The notes below the pieces were generated by a model. The model worked only from the letters and a program-made list of their open reading frames with translations, was not told the DNA's origin and ran no database searches. A stretch of 63,833 nt of DNA, filler included, from Octopus bimaculoides (lineage: Eukaryota): NCBI RefSeq assembly GCF_001194135.2. It is 5 parts of 5 records of this genome, joined end to end, with 100 filler letters (N's around TTAATTAATTAA, not from the genome) between each part and the next. Parts side by side here need not be neighbours in the genome. Positions count along the whole stretch, not along the records: positions 1 to 18,197 come from NC_068984.1; positions 18,298 to 27,179 come from NC_068992.1; 3 more parts are not named here. One strand, given 5' to 3'. Below are positions 10,550-23,331 of the stretch, in pieces (within the stretch, counting starts at the first letter, position 1; the number at the start of each line of letters is the position of its first letter). The translations under genes were made by a program, and so were the position numbers.

Positions 10550-11923
10550 ACTAGCTAAATTACCGGTAATTCCCGGAAAAGCGGGCTTTATTTCCAGTTC
10601 CCTTTCCCATTACATTGCTTCATGCCCTATCCCGTTCCCTGTTCAGTTCCCGTTTAAATTACGAATAGATTTACAAATACTGACAAGTAATACAGTTGTA
10701 TCATAAAATTGATTGATTGTAATAGTAAGGTAATATCAAAGTTGAATTGGTGGATGGTTGGAAGAATGAGAGGATTGACGATGTGCGACTATGAAAGAAT
10801 TGATTGATGGTTGATTATTATCAATTTTGTAGAGCCTCTTTATGTACTACATTTTTGGTCTCGCCCTCTGGAGCATAAATAAAAACAAATGGTTTGTGAA
10901 AGTTAAAAATTACGTCAATATTTTCAAATTTGGTATATTAAAATAATTTCCCACGTTAAATTTGATTTTGTTATTTATTTGTTCCAGAAAAATTGCAATA
11001 AAATGCTACCGGGGTTTAAAGTTTAATCAACTTTTCCTAATCAGAAAACAGGATTTGAAAGCTGGCATTTTCTGCACGACAGCTGTCTATCACAAAATGA
11101 AATCAAAATCATTACGAGGAGAATTTTTTATTAAACAAACGAAAGCAGAGCATTACGATGACCAAAGTTGAAAGAACTTTTGAAGTTTTAATAAGTTTTA
11201 ATGAATAAAGTAATGGGAAACGGTCGAAGAAACATGTAAATAATTTTAAAAGTCAAAAGATCGTTAAGGAACTTTTTGTGAAAAATTGCACAAATCTGTC
11301 TTGATCAAGAGGCTTATCTGTCGCGGAAGGCATGGTCTGGTGTGAAATAAACAAAAATTTATGTAAGACATTCTACTGTAAAAGTTGCCCGACAACGAAG
11401 GGCTATTCATCTATGGAAGAAAATGAAATACATTATCTATAGTGTAATAGTTTCAGTATACTGGTAAAGTTTTAATAAATTTTAATACGGTGATTTGAAA
11501 ACAAATATGAAAGCACTTTACCTTTCACTTGTTAGTTTAACATCTGTTGTTGGACATATTGTAAAAGTTTTGACTGAGCATACGATAGTCAATTCACTAA
11601 AGCGTATGCGTTAAGTGATAGGTAAAAATTAAAGAAAAAAAGTGTTAAAATCTGTTGTTCTCTTCGGTAAGCACATTCTCTCTCTCCCGCTCTGTACCTG
11701 TCTCACATTCTTTTTCTGTCTCTCACGTTCCCTATCTCTCTGTTTCTTCCTGTCTCCTTCCCTTCTCTGATATTAGCCACCCTCAATATGCCACCACATT
11801 TCATTCAACTTATCACTCTTTGCACCCTTCTCATTTTATCATATAATAGCCCAACCCGCGTAGGGGGCTCATTATCGATTTTTATTGAAATCCAATTAGC
11901 CTATAATTGAACTGGATATTAGT
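10550..11923 (+). mobile_element. Possible non-autonomous Helitron/Helentron-like element
   Basis: Starts TACTAGC with a 14-bp palindrome AATTACCGGTAATT. A GC-rich hairpin AGCCC...GGGCT (11847-11868) lies near the putative end. No clear coding relic. Confidence 0.25.
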
Positions 11924-12140
11924 TTAACATGTATGCAAAATTACGTGAAGATTCGTTCGTTGTTTTAAGCAGCAAAATGGTAACAGACAAACAGAAATTG
12001 CCATTTATAATATAATATATGNNNNNNNNNNNNNNNNNNNNNNNNNNNNNNNNNNNNNNNNNNNNNNNNNNNNNNNNNNNNNNNNNNNNNNNNNNNNNNN
12101 NNNNNNNNNNNNNNNNNNNNNNNNNNNNNNNNNNNNNNNN

Positions 12141-12166
<26 letters not shown>

Positions 12167-12171
<5 letters not shown>

Positions 12172-12332
12172 TGGGCTTCTTTCAGTTTCTGTCTACCAAA
12201 TTTATTCATAAGGCTTTCCTCGGTCTGAGGCTATTATAGAAGACACTTGCCCAAGGTGTCAAGCAGTAGGACTGAATCCGGAACCATGTGGTTGGGGAGG
12301 AAGCTTCTCTTACACACAACTACGCCCGCGCC
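12167..12332 (-). mobile_element. SINE family B 5' half
   Basis: Reverse complement of the head: CTTCTTTCAGTTTCTGTCTACCAAAT...GAAGACACTTGCCCAAGG...GGAACCATGTGGTTG. Confidence 0.85.
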
Positions 12333-12460
12333 TATATGCATGTGCATATATGTGTGTGTGTATGTGTTTGTGTGTTGTTTGTGTATGTATGTATGTATGC
12401 ATGTATGTATGTGCGTGTGATATATGATACATATGTTACATACACATATATATATATATG

Positions 12461-12492
<32 letters not shown>

Positions 12493-13053
12493 TGTATGTA
12501 TGTATGTATGTATGTATGTGTAATTGTATATATAAATGTGTATAAACATGTTACCGTGTATTAGAACAGTATATGGCAATTAACTGCTCAACAAAACACA
12601 TAAATCGTTCACTCTATACACACACATAGTTGATGATGATCTTTAGATATCTGATTAAGTTACCAAGACTATTTTTTTCCCGCTAGATTCGCTTAATCTG
12701 ACGTGGAGGACCGATAGGTCACTACGATAAAGTATGATTTATAATGCAGACTACAATGACGATGACAATACAGAAATTATGATAAAGTTCGCTGACGATA
12801 ATGAAACCTTAACCAGTTTAACCAGAAATAATAGAAAGAGTGCTCAGGTTCTAAGCAGGACTTAATCTAAATCTGGTCAATCAGGTGTGTTAATGATTTT
12901 TGCTGTTTGTATTTTGAAACGTATTCTTAAGGACCGACTGGTCCTTGGTGATCTGCCGCTTATGTAGCAACTCACTATGAAGTCTACTTCTCCAGCCTAC
13001 ATTTCCTTCTTCCAGAGTTAGCACTTCACCCCTTAGCAAAGTACCACCAATTG

Positions 13054-13098
13054 CTATCTCTGACAAACCTATCTCTGACAAACCTATCTCTGACAAAC
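13054..13098. repeat. 15-bp tandem repeat x3 (CTATCTCTGACAAAC)
   Basis: Three perfect units at 13054, 13069 and 13084. Confidence 0.95.
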
Positions 13099-13189
13099 TA
13101 TCTCCAGGAACATCACGACCAGCACTTATAATCATCCTTAATGTCATTATTCGAAAGCACGCACAATAAAATCAAAAACTACAGCCTCC

Positions 13190-13388
13190 ATCGACGCTGT
13201 CACCGCTGCCACCATTTGTATCACTGCCTCTGCCGTCGCTGCCTCCTCAGCCGCTGTCGCCGCTGTCACCGCTGTCACCGCTGCCGCCGCTGTCACCGCT
13301 GCCGCCGCCGTCACCGCTGCCGCCTCTGCCGACGTTGTCACCGCTACGGCCGCTGCCGCCCCTGTTGTCGCTGTCAGCATTACTGCAG
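13190..13388. repeat. GC-rich (GCC/GCTGTCACC)-type low-complexity repeat running into a gap
   Basis: CGCTGTCACCGCTGCCGCC motifs. Confidence 0.85.
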
Positions 13389-13846
13389 NNNNNNNNNNNN
13401 NNNNNNNNNNNNNNNNNNNNNNNNNNNNNNNNNNNNNNNNNNNNNNNNNNNNNNNNNNNNNNNNNNNNNNNNNNNNNNNNNNNNNNNNNNNNNNNNNNNN
13501 NNNNNNNNNNNNNNNNNNNNNNNNNNNNNNNNNNNNNNNNNNNNNNNNNNNNNNNNNNNNNNNNNNNNNNNNNNNNNNNNNNNNNNNNNNNNNNNNNNNN
13601 NNNNNNNNNNNNNNNNNNGGGGAAATGACAGAATCGGTATGACGTCGTGAAAGAAACACCGATGGTTATTTAGCTGCGTCCTTAAAAACCATTTTGAGGT
13701 TGACGTTATCTTTCATCATTCTGGGGTCAGCAAAATACATACAAGTCAATAGACGGGATCACACAGTCGACATGCTCCAACCCATAACTTATTACTTTAC
13801 GTTTACTTTGTGAAAGTATAATCGTCTAACTGACGATATATCTATC

Positions 13847-14170
13847 TATGTATATATATAAAAAAGACCACTAGGTGGACTGTTAATGTGCTAGAAGAAG
13901 ATCACATGTAATGTGTCTACTAAGACCTAATTGTTCTGAAATGAAATTCAGCAAAATACCAAAATGTATGCGGGCAAGACAGTGAAAATTACATAAATAT
14001 AAATATAAATATAAATATAAATTTTTATGTTAATTTTCACTGTCTTGCTCGCATACGTTTTGGTATTTCGCTTAATTTCATTTGAGAACAATTAGGTCTT
14101 AGTAGACACATTACATGTGATCTTTCAGCACATTAACAGTCCACCTAGTGGTCTTCTTTATATATACATA
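13847..14170. repeat. ~320-bp foldback (about 150-bp inverted arms, ATATAA loop); MITE-like
   Basis: GACCACTAGGTGGACTGTTAATGTGCT...CAAGACAGTGAAAATT pairs with AATTTTCACTGTCTTG...AGCACATTAACAGTCCACCTAGTGGTC. Confidence 0.95.
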
Positions 14171-14477
14171 TACAATAATCCCTTGAGACCTCAGATATTT
14201 TCTCTGAAGCTTTCTGATTCTTTTAATGTGCTTGCTTCCTGGTAATAAATAGATATTAATTAATATCCAATTTTTTACCCTAATATTTTCAATTTGATAA
14301 TCTATGTATATAGATAGATATATCAGTTGATAGAAGATAGGAAGATGGATAGTTGGATACATCAACTGATACTTAACTTACTTTAGCAAATAGCCGTAGA
14401 TGTTACTGTCTAACTGTTTTACGTGTTCCAGTCCAAAGACCATGACCACTCTCAGATACTACAATTATTCAGTTTAC

Positions 14478-14665
14478 ACCGGTCAAAATGCGTAGCAGCA
14501 TTTCGTCCGTCTTTACGTTCTGAGTTCAAATTCCGCCGTGGTCGACTTTGCCTTTCATCCTTTCGGGGTCGATAAATTAAGTACCAGCGAAACATTGGAG
14601 TAGATGTAATCGATTTACCCTCTCGCCCGAAATTGCTGGCCTTGTGCCTAACTTTGAAATCACCA
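14478..14665 (+). mobile_element. tRNA-derived SINE family A
   Basis: TTCTGAGTTCAAATTCCGCCGTGGTCGACTTTGCCTTTCATCCTTTCGGGGTCGATAAATTAAGTACCAG core; (CAT)n tail. Confidence 0.85.
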
Positions 14666-14811
14666 TCATCATCATCAACATCATCATCGTCGTCGTCGTC
14701 GTCGTCGTCCTCGTCTTCAGTATCAGCATCATCGTTATTAGATTTAAATGCTTTACCTGGTCGATAGAAAGAAAAGTACACAGAAAGTTAGCTAGCTAGC
14801 TAGATAATTAG

Positions 14812-14950
14812 ATATAATTTATATAAGGGCATTAACTATATAGTAATGCCTCACGCTTAGAGGGACTAAATAAGTCAAAAACTACCAAAAAATAAGCAAC
14901 ATATTTACCGAGGCATTACTATATAGTTAATGCCCTTATATAAATTATAT
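14812..14950. repeat. Perfect 41-bp inverted repeat with 57-bp spacer
   Basis: ATATAATTTATATAAGGGCATTAACTATATAGTAATGCCTC (14812-14852) and its reverse complement (14910-14950). Confidence 0.95.
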
Positions 14951-15716
14951 ATATTTATGGGAAAAAAACAATGAGTTTTTTTCCTTATGGGGTTTTTTCA
15001 CGCTGACTACTTGATAAATTCTTATAAAGATTTTATCCTATATTATATTATAGATAATTAGATATACAGAAAAATAGATCTAATAATTCTTTTCAAATAA
15101 CCGAATTCAGATTTGTGAAAACCCCTTGCAGATGAATTTAGTGCTGACAGTCCGTGCTCTGTACTGGTATTAGGCCGTTTAGTAACTACATAACTTTTCA
15201 TACCAGGAATTTTACAGCGCATTTACAGATTCTTCTCTGAGTGGTATATTTGAAAATACGGTGCCGCACAGAGCGAGACATCGCACTGCTCACACACAGT
15301 GTTTCGATGAGGTCAGTACCAATTTCCGTCTACAAGAGGTGGAAAACTTTCCAACGTACAATTGCGGAATAATATTACAGATAATGCTTTCCATTTTGTT
15401 CCATCGTTAAGATTATTTATTCCTAATAAAAGACAACATATAATGCAGGAGACGTAAGCTTCTTGTTTTTTGAAATTGCAACTTTACGCTAATTTACACC
15501 ATCTCAAACATCAAATATTTCAGAAACACATACAATTTCTTCTCACAATTTTCAAAATAACTGAGAAATTTACATGGGTATTACTAGTTATTTTTTATTT
15601 ATGTTGTGTTTTTTGTTTACGAGTGTATATGCAAATCTCCACAGTTTTTGTCTTTTTAGTGACCTAAATGTTTTTCCGCCCCTTGTGTCCAATAAAGTAT
15701 TACTTTTATGAAGAAC

Positions 15717-16918
<1,202 letters not shown>

Positions 16919-18034
16919 ATTTTCTTCTAAAAATGTGGTCTGTTTCTCTCTAATAATTCGGTTTATGATATTTGCTATGAAGTGATGTTAGAGAAAGAGG
17001 CATCTACTCTGTTTCTTCATTTATGTTTAGGCATAAAATTCTGTTTCTCAACTATTGGGTGATTTTGACATTCACCAGAAAGTTTTCAAACAGTATCTGA
17101 AAGAGAGAAAGAGAGAGAGGAGGAGAGGGAGGGGATAGCACGCGTGCGTGTGCGGGTGAGTGTGCGAGCGCGTTTCTGTGTCAGAGAGAGTGTTTTATGT
17201 TTGTATGCTTGTACATACATACATACATACATACATACATACATACATACGTACGTATAGAAAGTGATATCGTACTTCAGTATGTGTCACGGTAGAATAT
17301 ATTCAGATTGATGCAAGGGATATAATTCTAGTACTTGAATTATTTCCCTTTAATCATTGCTTGAAATTCACAGCAAACTACTTTCTTCCACTTTAAATAA
17401 TATTTTTATGACAAAACAAAAGAATTATGCTCTAATCCTTGACATACTTTGGTCATAATATAATATAGATTTCAAAGCATGGAATATGATGTCGGACTAT
17501 TGTAGTATTCTCATCTTGCTATAGACTTTATGCTGAAGTAGCGGAAACGGCACAACTTCACTGGTCTACTCCTCTTAAATGGAAAGAGATCCATTGAATT
17601 GAGTGCAGTTAACAGTTAGAAGGAACATAATCACAGTGTAATCAACGAATATTTTCTTATATTGAAGTGCTGACTTCAAAGTACTTCTTGAAATGGTTAG
17701 GGTAATCGGAAACCATTCCATTGAGTTCTCTTTGAGACATTAAAATAATAATCGACAGGTTATCACCTACTCAAGCTTCTTTTCGAATGTATTAAATGTT
17801 TGTAGCGAAAAGGCATAAAGATCAACCAGTATAACAAGTATGACTATGTTACGATATACACTAGGTGAAACGATCGCTAAAGTGAAACAACATTGCACTT
17901 TACTAAGATCATCCTCACTACTGCCCACTGGACATGCAACGTGGGAAAGACGAAATACCTTGATGTGTTCCATTGACTTACCCCACATACAATACACAAG
18001 CAGGTGTTAGAGTGCACGGTGTGATTTTCAACAA

Positions 18035-18197
18035 GGCCAGTTAGTTTCTTTGGCCTGCACAGTTAGTTTCTGGCCAGTTAGTTTCTGACCAGTTAGTTTC
18101 TTTGGCCTGCACAGTTAGTTTCTGGCCAGTTAGTTTCTGACCAGTTAGTTTCTTTGGCCTGCACAGTTAGTTTCTGGCCAGTTAGTTTCTGACCAGT
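18035..18197. repeat. 52-bp higher-order minisatellite built from a CAGTTAGTTTCT core
   Basis: Unit = core+TTGGCCTGCA, core+GGC, core+GAC, repeated three times up to the gap. Confidence 0.9.
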
Positions 18198-18297
18198 NNN
18201 NNNNNNNNNNNNNNNNNNNNNNNNNNNNNNNNNNNNNNNNNTTAATTAATTAANNNNNNNNNNNNNNNNNNNNNNNNNNNNNNNNNNNNNNNNNNNN

Positions 18298-18366
<69 letters not shown>

Positions 18367-18957
18367 GTATATATATATATATCTAAATGTGTATATGTAT
18401 ATATATATATATATGTAGGTGTATATACTTTTGTCTTAATAAGTATGCATGTGTGTATGTATGTATGGATGGATGTATATTCATATCTATGTAAGTATGT
18501 ATCTTATATGTATGTATATGTATACTTAAGTCTATGCATGTGTGTATGTATGGGGATCGCAAATAAATAAAGACAAAACGTTATGTGCATATACATATGT
18601 GTGTGTGTGTGTGTGTGTATGTGTGTGTATGTAAAAAATATATATATATATATGTGTGTATATAGGATCCCTGAAAGTTAATGACAGGAATCAAATGAAG
18701 ATAAAGTGATGCCTCCTTTCAGCCTCCTCATCAAAGACAAAAGTTCCTTGATCCTGCTCTTCCCAAAATAAATCCATTTAAGCCTTCTCTGGCAGACATG
18801 CAAATCCAGGGTGCTGAACCATTCATACAATGCTATGCTTCCACTTCAACCCATCATCATCATCTTCATCATTTAAAAAAACAGCAATATTCTCCTCGTC
18901 GTCGTCGTCGTTGTCGTCGTCGTGGTCGTCATCGTCATCATCATCATCATCATCATC

Positions 18958-18984
<27 letters not shown>

Positions 18985-19001
<17 letters not shown>

Positions 19002-19085
19002 ACATCCACTTTTCCATGCTTGCATGAGTTGAAGAGAATTTGTTAAGGTGAATTTTCTACAGCCAGATGCCAATTCTCATCTGTT
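18985..19085 (-). mobile_element. Short retroposon 3' end with (CAT)n tail (family D), degenerate
   Basis: CATCATCAACATCCACTTTTCCATGCTTGCATG...TTTCTACAGCCAGATGCC; homologous to 22059-22228. Confidence 0.6.
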
Positions 19086-19238
19086 TCCAAATAAGGTAAT
19101 ATCTTCCCCATGTTTTCACTCAAGATTGGAAACAAAGGACATCACCTGCATAGCAGTGACATTCATTTACAACTATCACAAATAGTGAAGGCAAGGAGAC
19201 AGTAACACACACACACACAGAGAAACATATGTTCTTTA

Positions 19239-19419
19239 CCCCCTGGATGGGAAGCCAGTCCATCGCAGGATAGCTCACTTTTGCCAGCTGTAAGGACTGA
19301 AACAACATGAAACAAAGTGTTTTGCTCAAGAACACAGCGCATTGCCTGGTCCAGGAATCGAAACCACAATTTTATGATCATAAGTGTAACACCCTAACCA
19401 CTAAGCCATGCACCTCCAC
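19239..19419 (-). mobile_element. tRNA-derived SINE (distinct family)
   Basis: Minus strand GTGGAGGTGCATGGCTTAGTGGTTAGGG...GGTTTCGATTCCTGG...TGTGTTCTTGAGCAAAACACT...CTGCGATGGACTGGCTTCCCATCCAGGGG; A and B boxes present. Confidence 0.8.
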
Positions 19420-20792
19420 ACACACACACACACACACACAACGAGTGTCTTTTCAGTTTCAATCTATTGAATTCATTCACAAGGCTTTGATTGACCAGAG
19501 GCAAAACATGACTCAGCATTGGGCTGGCCACATGACTGAAAAAATTCAAAGAATTTTTTCGTTTAGTCATGCCATTCAGAAAGACCACCCCAGGACTACA
19601 GTTTGCCCTTCACTGACTTAGATTTCAAATCATATTCTACTGACTTTAAAAACAGAAGTATCCTTTGGAAAATGGGAAAATGTTAGTCTTCAATACAATG
19701 TACCTGAAAAGAAGACAGAATCATTATGGCTGGAACACTTTTAACCCGTTTTACTNNNNNNNNNNNNNNNNNNNNNNNNNNNNNNNNNNNNNNNNNNNNN
19801 NNNNNNNNNNNNNNNNNNNNNNNNNNNNNNNNNNNNNNNNNNNNNNNNNNNNNNNNNNNNNNNNNNNNNNNNNNNNNNNNNNNNNNNNNNNNNNNNNNNN
19901 NNNNNNNNNNNGCAAGTCACATTGCCTCGATAAGTTTGACATATCTCAACAAAAAATAATTTTAAAAAATGGCATTCCTCAACGAAAGATAGACTGGTAT
20001 AGAAAACAATCGGACGCTGACACTCGTTGATGCTGCATCGAAGAGGCCAGGGAATAGAAGAAAGAAGACATGCACCCAACACCAGAGCTGAAGACACCTC
20101 CGAAAGGGGGGGGGCACCACATCAAAACGGTAGAGGAGTAGGGGCCGAAACCGGACGTGGTTCCTCCTGATGATGTCTTGAGCTAACTGGATCCTATAAA
20201 GGAGCTGTTGTGGTAGCTGACCACGAAACATGGTTGAAATTCCAAGGGTAATGAAATTTCTGGAGTGGATATATTTGATTTCTGCTGTAGAAGAGTTAAT
20301 GATAGGTTTGTTGTTCTACCAGGTCAAGCCTAGGGATAAACACTAACAAGAAACACCTGACAGAAACGTTTGTGTGAAAGCTTATGTCTTGCCTGGTTGA
20401 AGTAAAAACTCTTAAAGAAAATGAATGGCATAAATCAAGAAAATGTTTTGAGATCGCTGAAACAGCAGGAAATACTTTCAATAACAGAACAAAGAGGAGG
20501 AATATTCTTTAAGGAGTTGAATGAGGGTGGGGTGGTGTCTTAAATAAGGGTGGGTGTGTGGGTGAGGGTCAAAACAAAGAGTTATTCTAATGACAAAACT
20601 GACCTGGAGACACAAAATTCTGGCTGTGTTTCAATAAGCATTATCTAGAATTAATTGGAATTCTCTCTGAATGAGATCGGAATTTTATTCACAGAAAGAT
20701 AAGGAAATACCAACAGACACAAAATGAAAATGCCAAAGTGATTCTCTGAAAAACATTTGGTTTGGATCATTAATTTTTTGTGTGGTTTAATT

Positions 20793-20848
<56 letters not shown>

Positions 20849-20857
20849 TATATAAAG

Positions 20858-21245
20858 ATTGTTGCTGGCACTCCCTCGCTTACGATGTCGAGGGTTCCAG
20901 TTGATCCGATCAACAGAACAGCCTGCTCATGAAATTAACGTGCAAGTGGCTGAGCACTCCACAGACACGTGTACCCTTAACATAGTTCTCGGGGATATTC
21001 AGCATGACACAGTGTGACAAGGCTAGCCCTTTTGAATTACAGGCACAACAGAAACAGGAAGAAAGTGTGAGAGAAAGTTGTGGTGAAAGAGTACAGCAGG
21101 GTTCGCCACCATCCCCTGCTGGAGCCTCGTGGAGCTTTAGATGTTTTTGATCAATAAACACCCACAACGCCTGGTCTGGGAATTGAAACTGCGATCCTAT
21201 AACCGCGAGTCCGCTGCCCTAACCACTGGGCCATTGCGCCTCCAC
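20858..21245 (-). mobile_element. Full-length tRNA-derived SINE family C
   Basis: Minus-strand head GTGGAGGCGCAATGGCCCAGTGGTTAGGGCAGCGGACTCGCGG...GTTTCAATTCCCAGACC; same head at 56235-56360. Confidence 0.85.
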
Positions 21246-21871
21246 ATTGTGTTCATAAATAAGGAAGAAATCTATAAAAAGATGATCATACCGGATTATC
21301 AGAGTGAGTTTCACAAACCAATGAAAGAGTTTTCAAGTGATTGCTGAACCTGCTAAAAATAACAGCTGGATTTTTCTTGATTTATGCTTTTGGGTAATGT
21401 AGCCAGGATTTAACTATTCCTGAAAAATATGAAGAGAAGGAAACAGATGGAATGGTTACACTTGAAATGCAATGATCATAGATCTGTTAAATTAGGAAAA
21501 ACTTGGGTAGGAGAGGGGCTGAACAACAGCAACAACAACAACAGGTTTTATATCATTTATGTGAAGCACAAATATACAGCAAATAGAGGATGGAAAGAAT
21601 CCAAGGTAACCTTTCCAAGATGGAGATGCAATGTCATGTCCCTGCAGGACTTTGCATCCACACACTTTCCATCTACTCAATTTTGCTCCCAACACTTGCT
21701 GAAGGGGCCATGCAATGGGATGGAACCCTGGTACTATGTATTTGAGAAGTGAACTTCTGAATTGTAAGAACGTGGTACAAAACAATCCAAGAACTCATTG
21801 TGCAAACTCTGAAGCGAAGGGAGATAACTCAATCAAATGTAAAGCATTTTTGTCAGATGTACCAGTTGATT

Positions 21872-22015
21872 TTTTGGTTAAGAAACTTGCTTCCCAGTGA
21901 CATGGTTTCCGATTCAATCCCACTGCAGCACCTTGGGAAAGTGTCTTCTGCTACATCCGTGGGCCAACCAATGCCTTGTGAAAGAACTTGGTAAACAAAA
22001 AAAAAAACCCATTGC
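21872..22015 (+). mobile_element. SINE family B 5' half
   Basis: GGTTAAGAAACTTGCTTCCC...ATCCCACTGCAGCACCTTGGGAAAGTGTCTTCTG...GCCTTGTGA. Confidence 0.75.
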
Positions 22016-22058
22016 ATAGGTGTATGTATGTGTATCTATATAAATATATATATATATA

Positions 22059-22228
22059 TCATCATCATCATCATCATCGTTTAACGTCCACTTTCCATGC
22101 TAGCATGGGTTGGACGATATGACTGAGGACTGGTGAAACCGGATGGCAACACCAGGCTCCAATCTAAATTTGGCAGAGTTTCTACAGCTGGATGCCCTTC
22201 CTAACGCCAACCACTCAGAGAGTGTAGT
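22059..22228 (-). mobile_element. Short retroposon with (CAT)n tail (family D; resembles an RTE-type 3' end)
   Basis: CATCATCGTTTAACGTCCACTTTCCATGCTAGCATGGGTTGGACG (14-bp palindrome CCATGCTAGCATGG)...GGATGCCCTTCCTAACGCCAACC. Confidence 0.7.
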
Positions 22229-22744
22229 TATATATATATATATATATATACAGTCAGTAGTTCATATATCTGAAAAAGAAGCACACTCTAAAACATTAGA
22301 ACAGTAATGTGCCTTTTAGGAAGTTAAAAGTTATGGCCACTCACAATGACCATTGGTTTCACACCTATAAAGTTCTTAGCAGTATAGGCGATTTGTCAGA
22401 GACAAATGGCTGAAAGAGCATAACCTCCCTAGAACTAGAGGAAGAAATACGTAACAGTCAGCTGGTTTTGTAAATAAAAAAATAATTGCCCATAGTATGG
22501 GATGGAGTTAGCGAGATGGAATTATCCCCCTTACATTGGCTCCAGCTATGGTAATATTCGAGGGAGCTATGGTGGGAATATTCAACAAATGGAGAATTCC
22601 AAGTCTGAAGTAGGAAATATTTTAGATGGGAGCATTGATTGAATACCTCTTTCCTGAAGTTTAAAAAGGTTTCTGGGTTAAACAAGCTTTTTAAAGGGCT
22701 GAGTGGGGCAAGAATCCTAAAAAACTCACTCAACCTGGGGACCT

Positions 22745-23331
22745 TTTTAAAGTCATCAGCAACGAAGGAGATGTCATACCTGTTCAGTATTTTCACATGG
22801 CTTGAAAGTCAATACTGTTGTCTACACAGAGAAGCTGGAGAAAGTAGTGAGGCCCTGCATAGTCAGAGAATACAATGGAAGACCATACATCTTCCAATGA
22901 GACTGTGCACTGTCTCATAAAGCTAAGACAACCCAAATATGGATGCATGCCAATCTCCATAATCACACTTTCCCAGATGCAAAGCCTCTTAGCTCACCAG
23001 ACCTCAATCCACTGGACAATTACATATGGGGCATAGTTGAGAGAGGGGTCCACCAATACCCTCATAACACCATACACTCTCTTGAGGCCAACATAACCAG
23101 CACTATGTCCAACATTGATGAAGATCATCAGATTCGAGCATGTGAACACTTCCAGCCTCGTATTGAACGAAGCAGCATTTGGTGCTAACCCTGAATTCAT
23201 TGAATAGGTGGCATAAAAGGTTTCTTAAGATTATTTCTACCAATTTGTTTTCAAATACAGATTTTCTTGGATGAGCTATGCATCTTTTTTCAAAATTCAA
23301 ACAAACAACCCCAAAAAACTGACACACCCTG
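22745..23331 (+). mobile_element. 5'-truncated maT/DD37D-like Tc1-mariner element, defective
   Basis: VISNEGDV...; LSSPDLNPLDNYIWGIVER...PHNTIHSLEANI (ORF 22943-23188); right end ...CTGACACACCCTG followed by TA. Confidence 0.8.

Noticed and set aside
12792-12807. CTGACGA-TAAT-GAAAC as a hammerhead
   Set aside because: No stem II and no stem I pairing; likely chance.
13141-13659. Cys/Arg/His-rich (+) and Ala-rich (-) ORFs
   Set aside because: Translations of a GCC/GCTGTCACC repeat running into a gap; no splice or homology support.
17140-17161. Consensus donor GG|GTGAGT after a purine-rich, CpG-rich tract (possible first exon)
   Set aside because: A single 8-mer inside TG/CG low-complexity sequence is expected by chance.
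18035-18197. Repeat-spacer (CRISPR-like) reading of the CAGTTAGTTTCT array
   Set aside because: The linkers are 3-10 bp and recur periodically.
18242-18253. TTAATTAATTAA islands inside N runs (also 27224-27235, 53788-53799, 61936-61947)
   Set aside because: The identical 12-mer sits centred between 44-N flanks (100 bp in total) each time. It is a scaffolding placeholder, not biology.
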